64,000 nucleotides of DNA, taken from Thermoplasmatales archaeon (lineage in GTDB: Archaea > Thermoplasmatota > Thermoplasmata > Thermoplasmatales > GCA-001856825). A model generated the notes under the pieces. The model did no database searches. It was not told where the DNA came from and saw only the letters and a program-made list of their open reading frames with translations. Where the stretch lies: assembly GCA_027345195.1 (NCBI GenBank), contig DAHWIJ010000015.1:64375-128374 (forward strand), in the 5' to 3' direction. Shown in pieces: positions 18,573 through 27,455 of the stretch. How positions within the stretch are numbered: position 1 is the stretch's first letter; each line of letters opens with the position of its first letter. The position numbers and the translations under genes were made by a program.

Positions 18573-20064
18573 TTCCCTCCCCTCAGTATTCTTCTTCCTT
18601 TCCTTTGCGACCATTATAGTGGTCATCCCCTTGGCTATCCTTACTTTCTACGCTGTCCACATAGCCCCTACTAAGCTTTTTTTACATCTCTTAATCCTCT
18701 CCCTTGGGCAGTCGTTTCTGCAGGCAACCGTTTCAACGGCAATATCCCTGCCTTTAGGGCTTTTATTCGGTATAGTTTTAATAGTCTACAACGGGAGATT
18801 GAAGAGCACATTCATTTCCGTACTCCTGGTGACCTATGTTCTTCCCGGGATCATCATGGCGCTCGGAATAGTATCAATATTCGGATTCTCGTCAAGGTTC
18901 TGGGAAATAATCTACGGAAATGTAGTTTACAATTCCCCCATGGTGGCCGTTTTGGCATATTCCACTGGGAACTCCACTAACTTAAAAGAAGTCTACTCAG
19001 CAAAATTGCTTGGTGCCCCGGACCGGAGGGTAGTCTCAGGGTTCTACCTGCCAAATGCACTCAGGGGAGGACTACTGGGTGGAATTCTCACATTCATTCT
19101 CTCATTCGAAGGTTTCAGCCTTCCTCTAATAATTGGGGGGCCTTCTTACTCCACCGTGGAAGTTATGATCTATGAATTCAAGAGCATCTTCCCAACTTTC
19201 GCTGCATTCCCCTTTTCCACCTCTTCTTTCCTTGGCCTGATCCAAATTGCAATATTGGTTACCCCCCTACTCATCTATCTTGATATAAACCTGAGATCAA
19301 GAAGAAACGATACCGTCCTGCCGCTCCCTCTCCGCCGATACAATAAAATTGCATTCGTCGCTCTGCTCCTTTTCGTAATTTTTATCCTCTTCCCTCTTTT
19401 CGGGATGTTCGTTCGCTATCCCTTGTGGGAGATTAATCTTGCATCCATCACATCCAAGCTACAACTCCCCATCTCCCTTGTACTATGGAATACGGTCACT
19501 TTTTCATTTGCGAGCACCTTCCTGGCGTTTATGATATCTGTTCTGGTTGCTCTTCGTCCATCCACCTTCCGGAGGGGATTCGTAGTCATGCTACCGCTCA
19601 TCTTCTCACCCGTAACTCTGGCGCTGTCATATTTCCTTGTTTATGGGGAATTGGTGCCTAACAGCTTACTCATAATTCTGATCTTCACAGTCGTTGCTAT
19701 TCCGGTAACTATCAGGATGATGACACAGGCCCTTGTCACAATCCCACCTTCAGAAGTGAATTCCTCGAAAGTCCTCGGGGGGTCCCCCATTTCCACTCTC
19801 TTCCGGGTGCAGATTCCCCGAATAAAGTGGGAGATTTCCACAGTAATCTCCCTCATGTTCATAACTGTCATGGGGGAGTTTTCTTCAGTAGTCACCGTCT
19901 ATACAACTACAACACAAACCATTACCGTCGGAATATACAAACTCCTTCTCCTCAGGGACTTGCCCGGAACTTACTTCCTGACAGAAATTTTCCTAGCTGT
20001 AATATTTATTTCCTCATTCATCATCAACCAATTTGGAAAGAGTGGTTCAGTTGGACAAGCTTAG
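18547..20064 (+). CDS. ABC transporter permease (duplicated two-module ThiP/iron(III)-type)
   Basis: 505 aa and polytopic, with about 12 TM segments. It overlaps both neighbours in an operon arrangement. Confidence 0.8.
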   Translation: MSGVLLSRNSLPSVFFFLSFATIIVVIPLAILTFYAVHIAPTKLFLHLLILSLGQSFLQATVSTAISLPLGLLFGIVLIVYNGRLKSTFISVLLVTYVLPGIIMALGIVSIFGFSSRFWEIIYGNVVYNSPMVAVLAYSTGNSTNLKEVYSAKLLGAPDRRVVSGFYLPNALRGGLLGGILTFILSFEGFSLPLIIGGPSYSTVEVMIYEFKSIFPTFAAFPFSTSSFLGLIQIAILVTPLLIYLDINLRSRRNDTVLPLPLRRYNKIAFVALLLFVIFILFPLFGMFVRYPLWEINLASITSKLQLPISLVLWNTVTFSFASTFLAFMISVLVALRPSTFRRGFVVMLPLIFSPVTLALSYFLVYGELVPNSLLIILIFTVVAIPVTIRMMTQALVTIPPSEVNSSKVLGGSPISTLFRVQIPRIKWEISTVISLMFITVMGEFSSVVTVYTTTTQTITVGIYKLLLLRDLPGTYFLTEIFLAVIFISSFIINQFGKSGSVGQA

Positions 20065-20974
20065 GGTAGATGGCATCTCTGTGAGGATGGGACGCGAGGA
20101 CATCCTCAGGAATGTCACATTCTCCCTTAAAAACGGAGAGACGAAGGTCATCCTTGGAGCCTCCGGGAGCGGAAAGACTACAATACTGAACTCCATAGCA
20201 GGTATAATTCATCCTGGCAGCGGTTCGATTATAAAAGATGGTATTGACATAACAGACCTTGAGATAGACAGAAGAAACATTGGGTTCGTCTTCCAGGACC
20301 TTGGTCTCTTCTATTCAATGAACGTAGCCGAAAATATAGCCTATGGACTTAGGATTCGAACAAACAATTTGGGAGAGATAAACCGGAGGGTAGCGGAAAT
20401 CTGCAGGCTAATGTCCATTGAGAATCTGCTCCTGAAATTTCCTGCCCAGCTAAGCGGGGGTGAAAAGCAACTTGTCTCGCTGGCCAGAACTCTGGTGATT
20501 GAGCCTGACCTGATCCTTATGGATGAACCTCTTTCATCCCTTGACTCATTCCTCAGAAACAGCATGAGATGGTACATTAAGGACATACAGCGGAGGTTCA
20601 ACCTTTCGATCGTCTACGTCACTCACGACCTTGCTGATGCGGAAATACTAGCCGATTCTATTGCAATTCTAAGCGATGGGAGGATAGTGGAGGATGGAAG
20701 CAAGGAGGTTATACTTACAAGACCCAGGTCACTTGAGGGGGCCAGAATACTCGGATATAACATATTCTCAATGGGGGGGAAGACTTATGCGATCCACCCG
20801 ACCAGGATCAAAGCAGGAGGTCCTACAAAGGTGAAAATCCTTTACTCAGAAAGTGGAATCAGAAGAAATTACTTGGTCGAAACGGAGTTTGGGCGACTCA
20901 GCGTAACAGGCGAAGAACCACTGAACGAGGGTGATGGAATATCCCTTGAAAATGCCTTCCCTCTCGTCGAGTGA
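20033..20974 (+). CDS. ABC transporter ATP-binding protein
   Basis: Walker A GASGSGKTT, signature LSGGEKQ and Walker B LILMDEP. Confidence 0.92.
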   Translation: MERVVQLDKLRVDGISVRMGREDILRNVTFSLKNGETKVILGASGSGKTTILNSIAGIIHPGSGSIIKDGIDITDLEIDRRNIGFVFQDLGLFYSMNVAENIAYGLRIRTNNLGEINRRVAEICRLMSIENLLLKFPAQLSGGEKQLVSLARTLVIEPDLILMDEPLSSLDSFLRNSMRWYIKDIQRRFNLSIVYVTHDLADAEILADSIAILSDGRIVEDGSKEVILTRPRSLEGARILGYNIFSMGGKTYAIHPTRIKAGGPTKVKILYSESGIRRNYLVETEFGRLSVTGEEPLNEGDGISLENAFPLVE

Positions 20975-21001
20975 AGGGCAGGGAGGATTAAGATAATAGG
21001 G

Positions 21002-21637
21002 TTGTATATCGTCGTGAGGAGAATGCTTTGCGGATGTGACGAGGCTGGAAGAGGGCCGGTAATTGGACCAATGGTGATTGCGGTCGTTTGCGGTGACCAA
21101 GAAATCATGAGGGAAATAGGAGCTAGGGACTCAAAAGCTCTGTCGGAGAAGTCAAGGGAGCGCATTTATGATAGGATTGTGGAGAAAGCTGCATCAGTAC
21201 AATACGTCATAATAAGCGAAAAGGAGATAGACGAGGCGACTAGGATGAACGAACTTAACCTCCTTGAGGCCAAGACAATTGCTGGCCTCATAAAGAAGGA
21301 GAACGAGTATATCATAGACTGCCCGGACGTTAATGAAGAAAGGTTTGCAAGACTGATTTCTGAGCTAAGTGGAAATGACAAGATCATTTCGAAACACAAG
21401 GCGGACGTTAACTACCCCCTCGTGTCGGCAGCATCCATTATAGCCAAGGTGAAAAGGGAGAAGGAGGTCCTAAAGATAAAGAAGGAGATTGGTGAATTCG
21501 GGTCCGGATATCCGTCGGATGAACGGACTATCGCGTTCCTGAAGGGATACCTTGCAAAGAACGGAACTCTTCCACCGCATGTCCGCAGATCCTGGAAGAC
21601 TGTGGAAAAGATTGTGACCAGTCTGGATAGGTATTGA
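21002..21637 (+). CDS. rnhB: Ribonuclease HII
   Basis: The GCDEAGRGPVIGPMV motif, 211 aa, and SAASIIAK in the C-terminal half. Confidence 0.93.
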   Translation: MYIVVRRMLCGCDEAGRGPVIGPMVIAVVCGDQEIMREIGARDSKALSEKSRERIYDRIVEKAASVQYVIISEKEIDEATRMNELNLLEAKTIAGLIKKENEYIIDCPDVNEERFARLISELSGNDKIISKHKADVNYPLVSAASIIAKVKREKEVLKIKKEIGEFGSGYPSDERTIAFLKGYLAKNGTLPPHVRRSWKTVEKIVTSLDRY

Positions 21638-21663
21638 CCGTTCCCCCCAATCCACCATCCCTC

Positions 21664-21749
21664 ATCGCTTCCTACGGAAAACATATTTTTCTGCAAATTG
21701 GGACAGATTACTCCTCTTTCTCGTTGATCATGGGATGTATCGCTTCCTA
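21664..21749. repeat. 11-nt direct repeat ATCGCTTCCTA (21664-21674 and 21739-21749) in the rnhB-polD spacer
   Basis: Exact 11-mer found twice, 75 nt apart, in a non-coding spacer of about 210 nt. Confidence 0.5.
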
Positions 21750-21847
21750 TCTCTTTGTCAGGAGGCAAGGGCATAACAAGTTGAAGGTATCCCCAGCCTT
21801 TGACGGTTAAAGGACACCCCAATGAAATTCTTTTATTCCACAATCAG

Positions 21848-24800
21848 ATGTGCACCACAATGCCTGAGGAGCTTGAGAATTATTTTTTAACTCTAAAGAA
21901 TGGAGCCAACAGACAGTACGAAATTGCCGCACGTGCGAGGTTACAAGGTAAGGATAGCGAAACCAAGGTAGAGGTTCCTCAGGCTGAAGACTTGGCCGGA
22001 AGGGTTCAGGCCCTTACCGGAATAGAGGCATCAGAGATAATAAGAGATCTATCAAGAAAATACGACAGGGAAAGGGTTGCGATAGAGTCGGCAATCTCTG
22101 TATCTGAGAGCTATGATGGGCCTACGGAGACAAGAATAGAAAAGGGAATAAGGGTTGCCCTAGCCATACTCACCGAAGGCATTCTCGTAGCTCCCCTTGA
22201 AGGCATAACAGGGGTTAAGATCAAACAACGGGGTAACAGCAACTACCTCGCAATATACTATTCAGGACCCATTCGGAGTGCAGGAGGAACAGCCCAGGCT
22301 CTTAGCGTGTTCGTCGGAGACCTCCTAAGGAGGAAGTTTGGGATCGGAAAGTATGATGCAACTAAGGAGGAGATAGAGAGGTGCAAGGAGGAGATTCCTC
22401 TTTACGCTAGAGTGCAGCATCTTCAATATCTTCCAACGGCAGACGAAATTGAGAATGCAGTCAAAGGTTCCCCAGTATGCATAACGGGTGAAGGAACTGA
22501 AGAGGCTGAAATTACGGGTCACAGGAACCTCCCGGATATTGAGACGAATCGCCTGAGGGGAGGAATGGCCCTTGTGATTGCTGAAGGCCTGATTCTCAAA
22601 GGCCCGAAACTCAAGAAGTATGTCAGCACATTCGGGCTAGAAGGGTGGTCCTTTTCCTCTGAAAAAAAGGAGGAAAAGAACATCTTCCCCAATTCAAACT
22701 ACCTAAAGGAAATGTTAGCTGGCCGGCCAGCTCTTTCTTACCCGTCGAGGAAAGGTGGCTTCAGGCTTCGTTACGGGAGGTCAAGGAATACCGGACTTGC
22801 CGCAGTGGCGATTAATCCGGTGACGATGAAAGTTCTTGATGATTTCATTGCTGTGGGAACTCAGATAAAGATGGAGCGGCCCGGGAAGGCTGGGGCAGTT
22901 GTATCTAACTCCAATCTGGAAGGGCCGTGCGTCATCCTGAACTCTGGCAGTCTTGTTTACCTAAATGGCGAAGAGAAATACAACCTCCACAGGAACGAGA
23001 TCAAGGAAATCGTAGACCTGGGGGAAATGATGATCTCATTTGGAGAATTCATCGAAAACAACAAGGTCCTGTTTCCAGGAGCCTTCACCGAATCCTGGTG
23101 GAGAGAGGCCTGCAGTAAAAAACTGGGTTATGTGCCTGAAGTAAATGATGAGAGAAGTGCAGTGGAGGCCTCCGTTCGACTAAAGGTCCCTCTGCATCCT
23201 TCATACACATACCTGTGGCATGATGTAAGCGTTGAAGACCTACAGCTCTTCATGGAAATACTTGAGAACGACTCTAGAATTGTGGACCAATACCTTGAAC
23301 TCCCTGATACTGACTTCGCAAGGCGGTTCCTGACTGACATCCTCATCGAATTCGATGTCGCCGCCACTATAAAAATAAAAAATTTTCTTTCGCTGACGGC
23401 CACCCTGGGCATGAGAATCAACGATGGGAAGCTGTACAGGACAAAGAATGTGATGGGGAATGACGTGATCAAAGCAGTGAACGACCTGGCTGGTTTCCCT
23501 GTCTATCCGAAGGGCCTCACTCGCATAGGAGCGAGGATGGGCAGACCGGAGAAGGCGGAGGAGAGAAGGATGAATCCTCCGGTTCATGTCCTTTTCCCCA
23601 TCGGTAACGTCCAGAAGAACAGGAGGGATTTGAATCAATATGAAGAACTCCGTGGAACTGAGGTCCAGCTGAGGAGCTGCCCTGGGTGCGGAAACTCGAC
23701 CTACAGGAACATCTGCGAGAAATGCGGTTCGCACACAAATCCAACTGAAAGAACAAAGGAGTTCGTTGTAAATATTTCAGCCATACTTGAGGAGATGGGG
23801 AAGGAGCTGGGAGTATCGATTCCGAAGAAGGTGAATGGTGTCAGGGGGTTGACTTCAACGTACAAAACCCCTGAACCTCTTGAGAAGGGGATACTGAGGG
23901 CAGCGTGGTCGGTGTATCCATTCAAGGATGGGACGTGCAGGTTCGATATGTCAGATGTCCCCTTGACCCATGCGAGGCTTGAAGAGATAGGCCTCACAGT
24001 AGAGAGGGCAAAGAAGCTTGGTTATCAGAGGGACTATTTGGGGGAGGAGCTTTCCAGTCCTTGGCAGATCATAGAGATCTTCCCTCAGGACATAGTACCT
24101 AGCAGAAAGGCTGGCGATTACCTACTGAGGGTGTCGAAATTCGTGGATGATCTCCTGGAGAAATTCTACAATCTGGAACCTTTCTATAGGGCTGGAACCA
24201 GGGATGACCTTATTGGTGCTCTTGTTATAGGACTGGCACCTCATACTTCCGGAGGTGTGCTAGGCCGGATCATAGGTTATACGGAATGTGACGTCTGCTA
24301 TGCACATCCATTCTTCCATGCCGCAAAGAGAAGGAACTGCGACGGTGATGAAGATTCGATAATGCTCCTCCTGGATGGCCTTCTCAATTTTTCCCTGGAT
24401 TACCTTCCAAATTCAAGGGGTAGCCTCATGGATGCTCCCCTGGTTCTCTCCCTGAGGATAAATCCGACTGAGATAGATAAGGAGGCTCTGAATCTTGACA
24501 TAACAGGTGAGTATCCCCTTGAACTCCTCGAGGCGACCCACAAATTTCCTGACCCCTCTGAAATTTCTAAATATGTGGTCACTGCAGGTACAATGGTCAA
24601 GAACGGCCAATTATTCCCGAAATGCAATTTTTCTGACGACACTGCATCCATCAACCTAGGCACTAAGAGTTCCAGCTACAAGAGTATAGAGAGCATGGAA
24701 CAGAAGCTGGAGATGACCCTTGAGCTAGCCAGGAAACTTAGGGCCGTTGACGCCTCAGACGTCGCAGAGAGGATCCTCAAGTCTCACTTCATTCCGGACA

Positions 24801-25096
24801 TAATGGGGAACCTCAGAAAGTTCGGAGCCCAGACGTTCAGGTGCACAAGCTGCAACCAGATATACAGGCGACTTCCAATTAACGGTAAATGCAGGAAGTG
24901 CGGAACCCCACTCATAGGAACTGTCCACAAGGGGAACATTACGAAATACCTTGAGACGAGTTTCAATATCACGAATCAGTTTGATGTCAGCGGTTACGTG
25001 AAGCAAAGGATTGCAGTTATGAGAGAATCAGTTAACGCTATATTCGAGGCAAAGGGTAATAGCTTCAAGACACTGGAGGACTTCAATGATACCTAG
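21848..25096 (+). CDS. polC: DNA polymerase II (PolD) large subunit DP2
   Basis: GRPEKAEERRM, the catalytic NCDGDEDS block and the C-terminal Zn module CTSCNQ...CRKCG. About 1080 aa, so no intein. The start is most likely the ATG at 21848 or 21860 rather than the TTG at 21800. Confidence 0.95.
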   Translation: MCTTMPEELENYFLTLKNGANRQYEIAARARLQGKDSETKVEVPQAEDLAGRVQALTGIEASEIIRDLSRKYDRERVAIESAISVSESYDGPTETRIEKGIRVALAILTEGILVAPLEGITGVKIKQRGNSNYLAIYYSGPIRSAGGTAQALSVFVGDLLRRKFGIGKYDATKEEIERCKEEIPLYARVQHLQYLPTADEIENAVKGSPVCITGEGTEEAEITGHRNLPDIETNRLRGGMALVIAEGLILKGPKLKKYVSTFGLEGWSFSSEKKEEKNIFPNSNYLKEMLAGRPALSYPSRKGGFRLRYGRSRNTGLAAVAINPVTMKVLDDFIAVGTQIKMERPGKAGAVVSNSNLEGPCVILNSGSLVYLNGEEKYNLHRNEIKEIVDLGEMMISFGEFIENNKVLFPGAFTESWWREACSKKLGYVPEVNDERSAVEASVRLKVPLHPSYTYLWHDVSVEDLQLFMEILENDSRIVDQYLELPDTDFARRFLTDILIEFDVAATIKIKNFLSLTATLGMRINDGKLYRTKNVMGNDVIKAVNDLAGFPVYPKGLTRIGARMGRPEKAEERRMNPPVHVLFPIGNVQKNRRDLNQYEELRGTEVQLRSCPGCGNSTYRNICEKCGSHTNPTERTKEFVVNISAILEEMGKELGVSIPKKVNGVRGLTSTYKTPEPLEKGILRAAWSVYPFKDGTCRFDMSDVPLTHARLEEIGLTVERAKKLGYQRDYLGEELSSPWQIIEIFPQDIVPSRKAGDYLLRVSKFVDDLLEKFYNLEPFYRAGTRDDLIGALVIGLAPHTSGGVLGRIIGYTECDVCYAHPFFHAAKRRNCDGDEDSIMLLLDGLLNFSLDYLPNSRGSLMDAPLVLSLRINPTEIDKEALNLDITGEYPLELLEATHKFPDPSEISKYVVTAGTMVKNGQLFPKCNFSDDTASINLGTKSSSYKSIESMEQKLEMTLELARKLRAVDASDVAERILKSHFIPDIMGNLRKFGAQTFRCTSCNQIYRRLPINGKCRKCGTPLIGTVHKGNITKYLETSFNITNQFDVSGYVKQRIAVMRESVNAIFEAKGNSFKTLEDFNDT

Positions 25097-25853
25097 GGTT
25101 TACTTTGTAGGAACTGCAGGAGCAGGGAAGTCAACGCTTGTGAATTCATTCAAGGAATGGCTTGAGTACAGCAATTACGACGCCATAACTGTCAACCTGG
25201 ATCCTGGCGCAGAATTTCTTCCATATACTCCCGACATAGACATAAGGGAAAATATCTCGCTAGAGAGCGTTATGCAAAACTACAATTTGGGACCCAACGG
25301 AGCACAGATAGTTGCTGCAGACCTGATAGTTGAGGAGGCTGAAAGGGTCCGGGACCTCATAGACTCATACGATTCGGACTATACCCTCATTGACACACCA
25401 GGACAGCTAGAATTATTCGCATTCCGGAGTTCTTCTTCGCAGCTGATAAATGCCCTTGGGAATGAGAACAACGCACTCATATACCTTTTTGATTCAGCGC
25501 TCATGAAGAATCCGGGCTCATATATTTCCTCTAGATTCCTCGCGATGAGCGTTCTCACAAGATTCTACATACCTTTCCAGGGTGTCGTTTCCAAGTCTGA
25601 CCTCCTTGAGCCCAGGGAAAGGGAAAGGATCGAAATATGGGATAGGAACAAGAACGAGCTGATTGCTTCCCTCAGGAGGGAGAAAGCATCAATGAACGTA
25701 CAGCTCTCGGAAGCAATTCTGGAAGGGAGCGAAAGCTTGAATCTTCTCGGGGAAAGCGTCTTCGCATCATCGGAATCGGAAGAGGGGATGGAGGATGTGT
25801 ATTCGTTTCTCCAAAAACTCTTCTATGCGTCCGACGACCTGGAAAAGCGATGA
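25086..25853 (+). CDS. GPN-loop GTPase
   Basis: P-loop GTAGAGKST, the GPN motif LGPNGAQI and DTPGQLELF. It overlaps the polD stop by 11 nt. Confidence 0.85.
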   Translation: MIPRVYFVGTAGAGKSTLVNSFKEWLEYSNYDAITVNLDPGAEFLPYTPDIDIRENISLESVMQNYNLGPNGAQIVAADLIVEEAERVRDLIDSYDSDYTLIDTPGQLELFAFRSSSSQLINALGNENNALIYLFDSALMKNPGSYISSRFLAMSVLTRFYIPFQGVVSKSDLLEPRERERIEIWDRNKNELIASLRREKASMNVQLSEAILEGSESLNLLGESVFASSESEEGMEDVYSFLQKLFYASDDLEKR

Positions 25854-25900
25854 AACCGCAGTAAATTAAGAAAAGTATAAATAGTCCGTCAGACATACGT

Positions 25901-26998
25901 ATGATTATGCCAAATGAATATCCTATTCAAAATCATAATCAGAGGAATTTTCTTTCCCCTGATGACGAAGAACTGGCAAAGATAGTAGAATCCATGAAAG
26001 TGAACATAAAGATCGTTGGTTGCGGGGGTGCTGGAACCAACACAATAAACAGGTGCGCCAAATCCGGGATATACGGCGCTGAACTAATAGCGACGAACAC
26101 AGATGCACCGCACCTTCTCACTGTTCAGGCGAACAGAAAAATCCTTGTTGGGAAAAGGACAACACGGGGACTGGGAGCAGGCGCGATTCCACAAGTCGGG
26201 GAAGAAGCTGCCCGGGAAGATTATGACGAAATCCAATCTGCACTAGGAAATTCCGAAATAGTCTTCATCACATCCGGCATGGGGGGAGGCACAGGAACTG
26301 GAGTTGCCCCAGTTGTCGCTGAAGCTGCAAAACGTCAGAAATCGTTGGTGATAAGTATCGTTACTCTCCCGTTCTCCGCGGAGGGTAGAGTTAGGATGGA
26401 CAACGCGATATACGGGATTGACAGGTTGAGAAAGGTTTCTGACACAACAATCGTCATACCAAACGATAAGCTTCTCGAAATTGTCCCTAGACTTCCACTG
26501 GATCAGGCCTTCAAGGTGGCGGACGAAATTCTCATGGAATCCCTCAAGGGACTGACGGAAATAATAACGAAACCAGGTCTGGTGAACCTAGATTATTCTG
26601 ACATTCAGACAGTCATGAAGGAAGGGGGCGTTGCAATGATTGGTATTGGCGAAAGCACAGGTGGGAAGGCAACGGTGGAGGAGGCCGTCACTGAGGCGAT
26701 AACCTCACCACTTATCGAAGCGGACATCTCAACTACTAAGGGGGCACTAGTAAGGATTGTCGGCGGGGAGGACATGACGGTCTCACAGGCGGAGACTGCT
26801 GTTAGGATGGTTCAGGAGAAGGTAAACCCCATGGCGAGGATTGTCTGGGGCGCTTCCGTAGACCCGACCCTCGCAGGGGAATTCAAGGTACTGGTTGTCC
26901 TCACAGGCGTTAACTCTCCATATTTCCTTAGCTCCTCAAAGGGAGTGGCAATAAAGGGAGCGAGGGGATTGGATGCTGAAATAGATTCGGTGATGTAG
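25901..26998 (+). CDS. ftsZ: Cell-division GTPase FtsZ
   Basis: [12 protein letters not shown], the tubulin signature [17 protein letters not shown] and NDKL. Confidence 0.97.
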   Translation: MIMPNEYPIQNHNQRNFLSPDDEELAKIVESMKVNIKIVGCGGAGTNTINRCAKSGIYGAELIATNTDAPHLLTVQANRKILVGKRTTRGLGAGAIPQVGEEAAREDYDEIQSALGNSEIVFITSGMGGGTGTGVAPVVAEAAKRQKSLVISIVTLPFSAEGRVRMDNAIYGIDRLRKVSDTTIVIPNDKLLEIVPRLPLDQAFKVADEILMESLKGLTEIITKPGLVNLDYSDIQTVMKEGGVAMIGIGESTGGKATVEEAVTEAITSPLIEADISTTKGALVRIVGGEDMTVSQAETAVRMVQEKVNPMARIVWGASVDPTLAGEFKVLVVLTGVNSPYFLSSSKGVAIKGARGLDAEIDSVM

Positions 26999-27000
26999 AG

Positions 27001-27381
27001 ATGGAGAAGAAAGGGTTCAGACTGACGTCCGGCCTATTTGGATTTGCTGCTTCGCTTCTGCTTATAGTATACATCTTTCAGGTGACACACGGGATTCTGC
27101 AGTCAGTTCTCTATACGGCCTTTGCATTCCTTGCGTATTCGCTAGCTTCTTACTTACTACTATCGAATTCCGGGAATAGAGTGGTCAAACTCATACCATT
27201 CGTCTACCTTGGAGCAGGGCTTTCGATGGTCTATGCGGTCGTAGTTCTTGCAGGGGGGCACAACATGTTCCTCTACCTAGCTGTGACCACTGCTGCAATT
27301 GCGGGTATAAGCTACCTTTATGCGACATACGCTGCGAACTACCACAGAAGTGTCAGCAAGTTGGGCGTAAAAGCCCACTAA
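27001..27381 (+). CDS. Hypothetical small membrane protein
   Basis: 126 aa with four hydrophobic helices. It starts 2 nt after the ftsZ stop. Confidence 0.55.
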   Translation: MEKKGFRLTSGLFGFAASLLLIVYIFQVTHGILQSVLYTAFAFLAYSLASYLLLSNSGNRVVKLIPFVYLGAGLSMVYAVVVLAGGHNMFLYLAVTTAAIAGISYLYATYAANYHRSVSKLGVKAH

Positions 27382-27455
27382 TTTCCTTTATTTTTTTGTT
27401 GCATTTCTTAATAACGTTCATGAAGTGTTAATATAGTATCTGTATATCAGCGAGA

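Noticed and set aside
23128-23997. Minus-strand ORFs of 114, 164, 79 and 98 aa inside polD.
   Set aside because: They are antisense shadows of a highly conserved 1080-aa gene, and I recognised no motifs in them.
6880-25096. Inteins in MCM or PolD-L, which are common intein hosts in archaea.
   Set aside because: Both proteins have normal intein-free lengths (707 aa and about 1080 aa). Their catalytic motifs are contiguous, with no Cys/Ser...HN splice-junction insert.
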